A stretch of DNA of 31,088 bases from a virus (lineage: Duplodnaviria > Caudoviricetes): positions 1 to 31,088 of IMG/VR virus record IMGVR_UViG_3300021082_000477, one strand, 5' to 3'. This document shows positions 18,397 through 26,617 of this stretch, in pieces (within the stretch, counting starts at the first letter, position 1; each line of letters begins with the position of its first letter). The notes beneath the pieces were generated by a model, which worked only from the letters and a program-made list of their open reading frames with translations, did not search any database and was not told the origin of the DNA. Both the position numbers and the translations under genes were made by a program.

Positions 18397-21381
18397 CTAT
18401 CTCCCTCTATTCGGAACTCTCAGCGAACTCATGTTGAGTATAGACGAAGCGTAACTGCTATCGCCTTGGACACAACGGAATTCGACAGGAACAATATCAC
18501 CAACGTTCTTTGGAATCGGAATAGGTTGAATGGTCACCCAGGCTGTGGTCCCACTAACAAATGCAGAACTAGCTGGAGTTCCACTTGGGTCAATCAAAAC
18601 CCCTGCGACAAGAATCTCTACATGGTCCGTTCCCATAGAACAGGCCCCACGGAAATTCGTCTGGTCGCCTCTGAAGAAGTAAGGTTCAGTTCTCGCCGGT
18701 CCAGGATCACTAACCAAAATCGTCCCTGAAGATGCAGCGGAGTAATTCAATGTAACATCGTATGGAACAGAGCAATTCGTTGCTGCATCACAAGCTTGGA
18801 ATCTGATGATGTTGGTTCCTGTCAATGTAACACTTGCCACACTCCAGGGACCTAATCCAGTAACCGTGCAGGATGTTGAGGTAGTAACATTCAAACAAGT
18901 AATCGATGTTACTCCTACATTATCGACTGCTGTTCCAGCTAAGAGATTGTATGTTGAGTCGTTAGTATCGGCTGGGTTATTGACAGGAACAGTAACACCT
19001 AGCGTTGGGGGAGTTGTATCTGCACCAGGACCACCAACAATAGATGTAGCTACGAAACCATCGAAAGTAGCCCCACCCCATCCACCAGCAAAAGCCTCTC
19101 CTGAGGTATATCTACCAGCAGTAGAATCCGTAGCACTCACGATAAGAACGTTATTCTGATCGTAAGCTCTAAGGATAACACTACTTCCTGTATCTTCGCA
19201 TTCTAATGTCCCTGTTTCTCCAGCTATCCAATTTCCGTCTGCGACCTGAGTATTCGGCGCAAGACTAACTCGTTGGCCAGCATCGTATCTAGCAAGGTTA
19301 GTCCCAAGTCCCTGCATCGACATTACGTAGCCGTTGTAAATGCCGGCAGAGGTATAAGAGCTGAAACATCCAAACAGAAGGAAAGATACCTCGGTTACGT
19401 TTGATGTAGATGTAACTTGAACCTTGTAATCGTCCGGCGCTCCACCAGACCAAGGCATGTAAGCAAGATGTCTGGCCAATGCACTAGATATCTGGGCATA
19501 TCCTTGAACACCAATATTCATGGTATTGGTAGTCATCGGCAGCCAACACGGACCCAGTGAACTTGACCATCCACCATTCACGTCGAAAGTATCTGCTGGA
19601 GTAGCAGGACAAGTCCTACGAAGGATATTCGCTAGGACAGCTGTAGAGGTTCCCCCCGAGTTATCTGTAGCTATAAAAGAGAAGGCATTATTAGCCGCGC
19701 CCGTCAAAGTCAAGCCAGAGCAGGTTGCGGTTCCAGCAACTAGTGAGCAAGAACCTGACGCCGAGGTAGGTGCAGTCCTCGTCCAAGCCACACTAGATAC
19801 AGTTCCATCGCTATCTGCATAGGATAGAGTAACGGTTCCAGTTGTAGATGTAGTCTCCTGAGATACAGCCGAGATAATGTTTAAGGTAGGATTGACATTG
19901 GTTGGAGGTGTCCCACCACTTGGCGGCGTAATATCCTTGTAAGTCTGCCAGAAATCTCTCTGCCAGTCTCTGATTGTATTCGTATCGAAATTTGCCTCGG
20001 AGTAAGAGGCTGGCATATACCGCTGCTCATAATATTCGAATAACTGAGGTAGATTTACTGCTAACTTCATCCCCATCATCTTCATTGCGAGGACTTCAGA
20101 GTTAGTAGCCTGACCTACCTGATCTCGATAGCAAGCATGATAAGTAAAACTGTGATTATCCTGTTGAGGAGAAGTCTTGTGGTCACTCCCCCACTCAGGC
20201 TCGTTCAATGAGGACTGAGGATATTGCTCGGCCGGAGTGCAATTCGTTGCTGAGCTTGCTCCAGTCTTACAGCTTGCACAGATGTCAGATTGAGCTACGT
20301 AGAAATACTGATTCGATTCATTGGTTACCGGATGTTGGGCATGATCTCCCCATGCAGCAAGGTCCGCATTACCTAACATCCATCCTGCGAATGCCATCAC
20401 GAATATCTTAGCAGGAGTATGAGAACCCCCCGCAAGCATTCTGATTCCCTGCTGAGGAGTGCCAGTAGCCTTGTCCAACGCATACCTCAGATCGATACCG
20501 TGTTGGATAAGTCTGATAACCCAAGGCGCTTTCTGACCATTAGTATAGTTACTGTTGACTGCCATCGATAAAACACCGATAGCCATGCCAATATTCTGTC
20601 CATACCCATAGTCAGTAGAAAAACCTACCTTTGGACTGTAATTATCCCCTGCATGGAGGTAACGACCTTTCGTCGACATCTCCAATTCAATCTGCGGCTC
20701 GACCATGATAGTATCAAGAAAAGCGACACTATAGGTATTAGTAAAGGTTGTAGGAGGAACAACTGAATGTAACTTACCGTAGTCGATAGAGCTCACATTC
20801 GCCGGCGATGCTTTGCTCACCGTAGCGATATATGAAGGTCTGAAGTCTCCTACGTTGGCATTGGCAGTTACGACCGTCAAGACCTGGATCTGCTTGATGT
20901 AAGATTGATGAGATCCACCGGGACGAGTATCCCCATAGGATTCCGAGGAGAGTAGCGACGACCCCTCAGTAATCACAAGTGGCATCGTAATCCCGACGTT
21001 ATTTCCTGCGGTATAACCTAAGCCTCCTGTGGAATGTCCAATAGTCCGAGAGTCGAATCCGTTCGACCCATACCCCGCCATCGAGGAGCCAGGATTCAAC
21101 ATCGAACCATTACGCGCCGAACCGTCCGCAGCGATAGTGTATGCCGGACTAATACTCTTAATGGAGACAGTCGAGCCACCGGAATTCGTGACCCAGAAAT
21201 CTCCTGTGGCGTATCGACCGCACGTATAGGTCGTCGTAAAAACCCAAGTGATGGTTCCAAGTGCAATGGACGTGCAGGCTTGTGCCGTCGCACTTGAGGC
21301 CGAAGTGAGCGCCTGGGCCTCGACCTTGACAGGGATACCCAGAAGCGTGAGAGAAAGCAGTGCGAGTCCAAGTTTTTTCAT
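18397..21381 (-). CDS. Large secreted multidomain protein (994 aa): signal peptide, ~450-aa globular domain, Ig-like and lectin-like domains
   Basis: MKKLGLALLSLTLLGIPVKVEA|QA; Ig-type motifs 'ADSDGTVSSVAW' and 'DTTPPT...GTAVDNVGVTSI'; 18 Cys, mostly in local pairs. Confidence 0.85.
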   Translation of the reverse strand: MKKLGLALLSLTLLGIPVKVEAQALTSASSATAQACTSIALGTITWVFTTTYTCGRYATGDFWVTNSGGSTVSIKSISPAYTIAADGSARNGSMLNPGSSMAGYGSNGFDSRTIGHSTGGLGYTAGNNVGITMPLVITEGSSLLSSESYGDTRPGGSHQSYIKQIQVLTVVTANANVGDFRPSYIATVSKASPANVSSIDYGKLHSVVPPTTFTNTYSVAFLDTIMVEPQIELEMSTKGRYLHAGDNYSPKVGFSTDYGYGQNIGMAIGVLSMAVNSNYTNGQKAPWVIRLIQHGIDLRYALDKATGTPQQGIRMLAGGSHTPAKIFVMAFAGWMLGNADLAAWGDHAQHPVTNESNQYFYVAQSDICASCKTGASSATNCTPAEQYPQSSLNEPEWGSDHKTSPQQDNHSFTYHACYRDQVGQATNSEVLAMKMMGMKLAVNLPQLFEYYEQRYMPASYSEANFDTNTIRDWQRDFWQTYKDITPPSGGTPPTNVNPTLNIISAVSQETTSTTGTVTLSYADSDGTVSSVAWTRTAPTSASGSCSLVAGTATCSGLTLTGAANNAFSFIATDNSGGTSTAVLANILRRTCPATPADTFDVNGGWSSSLGPCWLPMTTNTMNIGVQGYAQISSALARHLAYMPWSGGAPDDYKVQVTSTSNVTEVSFLLFGCFSSYTSAGIYNGYVMSMQGLGTNLARYDAGQRVSLAPNTQVADGNWIAGETGTLECEDTGSSVILRAYDQNNVLIVSATDSTAGRYTSGEAFAGGWGGATFDGFVATSIVGGPGADTTPPTLGVTVPVNNPADTNDSTYNLLAGTAVDNVGVTSITCLNVTTSTSCTVTGLGPWSVASVTLTGTNIIRFQACDAATNCSVPYDVTLNYSAASSGTILVSDPGPARTEPYFFRGDQTNFRGACSMGTDHVEILVAGVLIDPSGTPASSAFVSGTTAWVTIQPIPIPKNVGDIVPVEFRCVQGDSSYASSILNMSSLRVPNRGR

Positions 21382-22187
21382 CGTCTAACTCCAGGAAATC
21401 CCATCATGCCACCGACATTACGAGTTGCTCCACCAGCTAGAGTTTCCTCTAATGCGGCTACCAGATCATTCCAAACACGAGAAACACTGATGGATCCTGC
21501 GAAATCGTCACCTGTAGCTGTCTGAACAAGATAACCAGTATTTAAAATTTGAGAAGTCAAAGCTGTCCCTGTATTAGCTAATCGGGACGAACCACAAGTG
21601 AATGTTGCATCACAAGTAATACTGCCTGATGAATGGCTCATGCTAATTGCGCCAAGCCATAATCTCTCTATATTAGATAAACTCGCAATACCACCTGTAG
21701 AATAACTTGTGCTTGTTCCTGAACCTTGTGCAGTAGTTCCTGCTGGTGCTACAGTCGAACCAGCTGAAACAGAGAATATCCAAAGATTGACTACTTTTCC
21801 TTCTGATGAACCATTACCTGTATTGCAAGTAACTGTATCAGTGGTCTCAAGGATATTTGTAAGCTGACTATAAAAAAGACCAGCTATTTGGTCGGTCGTA
21901 GCATTATTGACTGTGCGCTCAACTAACCGAGTATATACATTGATTCCATCATTATCTGATACTGACATTACTGTCGTAGCACCAGATGACCCTGCTCCTG
22001 TATAATGAGCAGAACAATGGACAATAGCAACTCTACCTATCGGTGCATCTGCGCCTAGTCCTGTTACTCCTACTGTTGCTCCTGCTGCTGTGGCAGTCCC
22101 AAATGCACCATTCTCAATCAAAGACCAAGTAGCCTCAGCAGGAGAAGCTACAAGACAAATGAGTAGAATGACTAGAAACTTTCTCAT
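21378..22187 (-). CDS. Secreted beta-rich protein with Sec signal peptide (269 aa)
   Basis: MRKFLVILLICLVASPAEA|TW; T/S/G-rich beta sequence; 4 Cys in the mature chain; lower GC than neighbours. Confidence 0.8.
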   Translation of the reverse strand: MRKFLVILLICLVASPAEATWSLIENGAFGTATAAGATVGVTGLGADAPIGRVAIVHCSAHYTGAGSSGATTVMSVSDNDGINVYTRLVERTVNNATTDQIAGLFYSQLTNILETTDTVTCNTGNGSSEGKVVNLWIFSVSAGSTVAPAGTTAQGSGTSTSYSTGGIASLSNIERLWLGAISMSHSSGSITCDATFTCGSSRLANTGTALTSQILNTGYLVQTATGDDFAGSISVSRVWNDLVAALEETLAGGATRNVGGMMGFPGVRR

Positions 22188-23359
22188 TACCGATACCTCA
22201 CCATGACAACGACATCATCCAACCCAGGATCAGTTGCATCTGTCACTGCTTTGCCGGTTGCGAGGTAGCAGGTTAGAGCAGTAGCGAAAGGAACGTCAAC
22301 TTTTGTATCGATCATCCCTGAACTGAAGGGAATAATCTCGTCGTAGATAACTGCTGTCGATCCCGGTGTCGTGCTCGCCGCCACAGCATTCGTGCATCTC
22401 ACATACGCATTGGTTGAGGCATGAGCATTCCAACCAGTTATCCCACAGATGACTCCAGCCGTTGACTTGATCTCAGTCTCATCATCGTTGTTCGTATTGT
22501 CCGAACGAATGATGGTCTGGGAACAAGGAGCATATCCTGGCCACCGATCCCACGTTCCCGCTGGATCAAGGTAGTGAGGATAGGTAGCAATCTTTGTCAG
22601 TGTAGGGTTGGCCGTATTGTCAGCCAGAGCAGCCGCAGCCCCAAACAGTGCTGTCCCATTTACTGCAGGAACGACAAATTGGTCTCCCTTATCGTTACAA
22701 TGGAGCCAACTCAAATTGGTATCAAAGCTCAGGGCCGTCGGAACCCCAGGGTCTGACTTGCATAACGTAACAACACCATCCTGACTAACCAGTGCGGCAT
22801 TGTTATGATAATTGAGTGTCCCGAATTGTGCCACAGTCCCATCTTCGTTGTAAGCGATTGTGGGCATCAGATAAGGAATAGTGGAATCTCCTGTCGCATG
22901 TAGCTTCAACGTATTACCATCGAAGGTAACATTGACAGTTCCAGTAACGACCCCACCACCGCCACCACCACCAGAGCCACTACCTCCACCCGTTGCCGTA
23001 GCGTGCATCCTGACAGTAGCAGTGCCAGCGTCGATGCAGGACCGCATGAACCGATATCCGGCAACTCCCGCAGCCCACGCACCAGTCGTTGTCGTAGTAG
23101 AGGCCGGAACACCAGCCGTGCTCGTTCCCGCAATCGTCTGGTAGAGAGCAGTTGTATCGAGCGTGGAAACCGAGAACGTCATGGTAGCGCCAGCGATCGC
23201 CGTCACCTGCCAGACGCCAGTTCCCATGTTCGGAAGTTCGAGAGTCTGACAGAGCTGCGATGTGCTCAAGCTGTAGGTTTGACCCTTCCAGTCCTGGGCA
23301 TAGGCTCTGCTAGTGAGAGCTACAAAACAAACGAGAACAAGCAGAAGCCTTTTCATCAT
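22187..23359 (-). CDS. Secreted spike/fibre-like protein with Sec signal peptide (390 aa)
   Basis: MMKRLLLVLVCFVALTSRAYA|QD; N- and C-terminal beta-sandwich-like domains joined by a poly-Gly linker; 8 Cys in the mature chain. Confidence 0.8.
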   Translation of the reverse strand: MMKRLLLVLVCFVALTSRAYAQDWKGQTYSLSTSQLCQTLELPNMGTGVWQVTAIAGATMTFSVSTLDTTALYQTIAGTSTAGVPASTTTTTGAWAAGVAGYRFMRSCIDAGTATVRMHATATGGGSGSGGGGGGGVVTGTVNVTFDGNTLKLHATGDSTIPYLMPTIAYNEDGTVAQFGTLNYHNNAALVSQDGVVTLCKSDPGVPTALSFDTNLSWLHCNDKGDQFVVPAVNGTALFGAAAALADNTANPTLTKIATYPHYLDPAGTWDRWPGYAPCSQTIIRSDNTNNDDETEIKSTAGVICGITGWNAHASTNAYVRCTNAVAASTTPGSTAVIYDEIIPFSSGMIDTKVDVPFATALTCYLATGKAVTDATDPGLDDVVVMVRYR

Positions 23360-25794
23360 GCCCCTATCTCCTCAACTTCACTTTCGTCAGATGTTTCTTC
23401 ACCTGATTCTTCTGGAGCAGGAGCGAGCATTGCTTCGGCTTCTCTGTGCATCTTGAAATGAGAATAGACGTTCAACCACGCACCGGGCTTGTTTATCTTG
23501 TAGTCCAGCCCGATATCTGACTTGAGCCAGTATGCGCAGGTATCGCCTTCGATCTTATGGTCATCGAGAAGTGGATCGATTTGGATGGAGGGCATAACAT
23601 CTGACCCCTCCTCGCCCATTGCTGTCGGAACCCCATTCGGGATCTCGATTGGCTCCTCGGCGATAAGCTTCGAGATTTCCCAGAGCTGCTTGACTCTATC
23701 CTGATCGCCGGGGATGTGCATCTCGGGAAGCCCAACAAGTCGAGCAACCAGAGAGGAGTTCTGTGGGTCTGACATCACCGACTCGATCATCGGGTTCTGC
23801 ATCTGTATGAGACCGAGAATCGCAGAACGCTTTTCATTCCACGAGACTGGGAGCGACTCAGATCCTTCCGCGTAGGCGTCACCAATCTTGCCAGTGAGCT
23901 TCGCATGCTCCACCCATACATTGACGAACGTGTTGCCAGACTGGGTCGTCCACCGCTCATCCTGCCCTGACTCCATCAAATAGTCCGAGTGGGCATTGAC
24001 AGCTTTTCCGATAACTTGCACCCAGAAAGTCGTGACCATCTTCCAGGTCGTCGATAGCCGCTGGAGAGCTTGTGTCCGGGACATCTCGTATTCTTTGGCG
24101 GTGTTAGATCCGCCGTCAATTTGTCCACCAAACACCGAGGGGAGGGAGCCAACAACAAACTGCGCAAACTTCTCCAAGCGGTCTGCGAATGACTCGACTT
24201 CCTTCGAGAGGGTGCCACCTTTAACCTCATGGAAATTATTGCCCATCGGCTCACCCGGCATTTTGGTCGCCGGATAGTTCATGCCAGGACGGGCTTCTGA
24301 CTTTTCGTAGTTGTCCCAATCGATGGTATCGGAATTGATGTAGACCTCAGGAATTGCGTGCTCGATATTCTCCAGAGTCAGGTTGCCCAACTCATTCGTC
24401 ATGTCCTGCACTGGCATAACCGGCGCACCGATTGGCTCAGCGTGGAGAACGTCTGAGAGAGGATGAACTGTGCAAGTCCAATGGTCGTCCAGCTTGTCGT
24501 CAACGGCCTCTGCAATAATGCCATCGTTGATGATGACGACGTAACAACCTTTCGGGAACTTGTCTTTGAGAACCTGAACCCGAGCTTTGTTATCTTCTGT
24601 CTTTACTCCAAGCGTATTGAACGCCCAGGGTCTGAGCCAGCAGCGACGAACTGTGACCAGATCTCGCGGGAAGTCCCCAGAATACGCCGGCGTCGCACGA
24701 TGGGTTCGATCGGAATACTCTGGATTGCCTGAAGGTTCGATGTGTTCCTGAATCTCCTCATAGATACTCTGCATCTTGGCGTAGTGCTCTTCAGTCTCCA
24801 AGATGAGATAAGGCGAATCATTGAGACGACGAATCCACGCAGGGAGTTTGACATTGAGCGGACCCCAGAAGGTGAGGATTTGACGACACTTATTTTCCTT
24901 CTCCCAGCCTGTGGTCTCGGATGCTAGCTCGTCGTAGTCCTCAAACTCCAGAGGGACTCTAACTTCAGTTCCTGATTTGCCGGAACAGTTAGGACAAATT
25001 CCTTCTTGTATGGGAATGTTCGCTGGCTGAACAATTTGTGGGGAGGATTCGAGTTCCTCTCCACCTTCAGGCACAATCGTCTCTTCAGGATCTTCTTCCT
25101 GATTATCCCCAACCATCCCAGTCTCAGGGTCCGGTGGAAGATTAGAGTCCAACTGCTCAGATCCAAGCGCCATTCCACAATCTGGACAGAAGTAGTCACG
25201 TCTTGTCTTTGGAACTTCCTCGGTGATTTCTCGATCGATGGTTCCATATTCCTCTGACTCCATTGTCTCGTTATACGCACAGACGAGACCTTGGTTATAG
25301 AGTAGGAACAACGCTTTCGTCATGAGTAGGTCAGCGTAATTGTGTCGCTGGATCAACTCAGCAAGCTTCGTCTTACTCTTAGCACAGAGGATATCGTCTG
25401 GATTGTCGGCGTCGTCTGGCGGAAACTGAATCTTAGGAGTGGAACTACTCATCGCGGCAATGATGATCTCACCGTGCGCGCGATAGATATTGATGACCTT
25501 GGCGTAGAGAGCGGGGTCGATGGAAACTCGGTCATCGCCCGTCAGGTCAGTTCGGGCCTGGTCTGGAGTTCTCCAATCGTAGACGGTATCGTTCCACCAG
25601 AGATACTGGAGATGATCCCAATAGAACATCTGCTTGCGGTATTTGCGAATGAGGCGATCCCTCGCAGATTTGTCCGCTAGCTCGAGATTCTTTACGATTG
25701 TCCAGAGGTCCTGCGCCCAATCCTCATCCTTCAGGAGCTTTTCGCTACTCTGTTGGGCGGGCGCTTTCCTCTGCAGTTCCGGAGTTTCCAGCAT
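23356..25794 (-). CDS. Portal protein (812 aa) with an internal CxxC...CxxC insertion
   Basis: Large gene after terL; 'VINIYRAHGE', 'P.D....D...A....L', 'QD..N.L' and 'G......TA.E....R.QA' features typical of podovirus portals. Confidence 0.8.
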   Translation of the reverse strand: MLETPELQRKAPAQQSSEKLLKDEDWAQDLWTIVKNLELADKSARDRLIRKYRKQMFYWDHLQYLWWNDTVYDWRTPDQARTDLTGDDRVSIDPALYAKVINIYRAHGEIIIAAMSSSTPKIQFPPDDADNPDDILCAKSKTKLAELIQRHNYADLLMTKALFLLYNQGLVCAYNETMESEEYGTIDREITEEVPKTRRDYFCPDCGMALGSEQLDSNLPPDPETGMVGDNQEEDPEETIVPEGGEELESSPQIVQPANIPIQEGICPNCSGKSGTEVRVPLEFEDYDELASETTGWEKENKCRQILTFWGPLNVKLPAWIRRLNDSPYLILETEEHYAKMQSIYEEIQEHIEPSGNPEYSDRTHRATPAYSGDFPRDLVTVRRCWLRPWAFNTLGVKTEDNKARVQVLKDKFPKGCYVVIINDGIIAEAVDDKLDDHWTCTVHPLSDVLHAEPIGAPVMPVQDMTNELGNLTLENIEHAIPEVYINSDTIDWDNYEKSEARPGMNYPATKMPGEPMGNNFHEVKGGTLSKEVESFADRLEKFAQFVVGSLPSVFGGQIDGGSNTAKEYEMSRTQALQRLSTTWKMVTTFWVQVIGKAVNAHSDYLMESGQDERWTTQSGNTFVNVWVEHAKLTGKIGDAYAEGSESLPVSWNEKRSAILGLIQMQNPMIESVMSDPQNSSLVARLVGLPEMHIPGDQDRVKQLWEISKLIAEEPIEIPNGVPTAMGEEGSDVMPSIQIDPLLDDHKIEGDTCAYWLKSDIGLDYKINKPGAWLNVYSHFKMHREAEAMLAPAPEESGEETSDESEVEEIGA
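25017..25033. promoter_or_regulatory. Palindromic site TGTTC-N7-GAACA, copy 2 (inside the portal insertion)
   Basis: TGTTCGCTGGCTGAACA. Confidence 0.6.
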
Positions 25795-26617
25795 CTTTCG
25801 CCTCTGCTTCTTCGATCTTCTTCTTCCAGATGGCTTCCTTGGCGTCGTTCGTTATCTTCTGTGCTGCTCTCTCCAAATTGACTGCCTGCTGATTCCAGGT
25901 CGGTGGCCGAGAACTTACTGGTTTGTGATTCACCGGTGTCTGAGAAGTGTCACGAGGAGAAAGACCCAATCGGTCCCTCAATCCCGCAGTGACTTCCCTC
26001 TCGTGAACAATCGACGAATCGAATCTTTGCCGTTCAAGTTCGAGAGCTGCCTGGAGATCGCTAAGCCTAGCTTCCGCAGCTTGCTTAGCGTCAATGGCTT
26101 GATCTCGTTGTGTGAGCAGGAGCTCATTTGTAGCTCCATAATCTCGGATGACTTTTTTGAGCGCATTCCGCTCGATTGTCCCTGTCTCAATAACATGAGA
26201 CTGGTCTGCGATTGTCTGTTTGTGTTCATGTTGTGTGCTCTGATATCCCTGAATCTCTTTGTTCTGTCGGGCGATTGTATCAGCGAGGAGATCAATCTGC
26301 GCCTGCTTCTGTAACTGGATTGCTTGATATCCTGATATTACCTTCGCATGACCTGAAGCTTCTTCCTCTGCCCTGTTATACATCTTCTCGAAATCATTGA
26401 GAGACTGTATTGCATACCTGAGTCTCTTATGACTGGGAATCAGCTTTATCTTCGACGCAACTCCCTCAGTGGGCCACGTAACCAACGCCTCTGGATCTTC
26501 CACGATAGACCGGACGAGGCCCGTGAGACGCTCCTTCAAACGCGTGCATCTGTCGATAATAACGAGTCCAATCTTGTGTGCGCTCCAAGTTCTCGATGAT
26601 CTCGGCAAGTTTGTCAT
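25745..26617 (-). CDS. Coiled-coil hypothetical protein between terminase and portal
   Basis: Long heptad-rich helix; start uncertain (ATG 26617 has an AAGGAAAGG site but overlaps the terL 3' end; a later start is possible). Confidence 0.6.
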   Translation of the reverse strand: MTNLPRSSRTWSAHKIGLVIIDRCTRLKERLTGLVRSIVEDPEALVTWPTEGVASKIKLIPSHKRLRYAIQSLNDFEKMYNRAEEEASGHAKVISGYQAIQLQKQAQIDLLADTIARQNKEIQGYQSTQHEHKQTIADQSHVIETGTIERNALKKVIRDYGATNELLLTQRDQAIDAKQAAEARLSDLQAALELERQRFDSSIVHEREVTAGLRDRLGLSPRDTSQTPVNHKPVSSRPPTWNQQAVNLERAAQKITNDAKEAIWKKKIEEAEAKDAGNSGTAEESARPTE

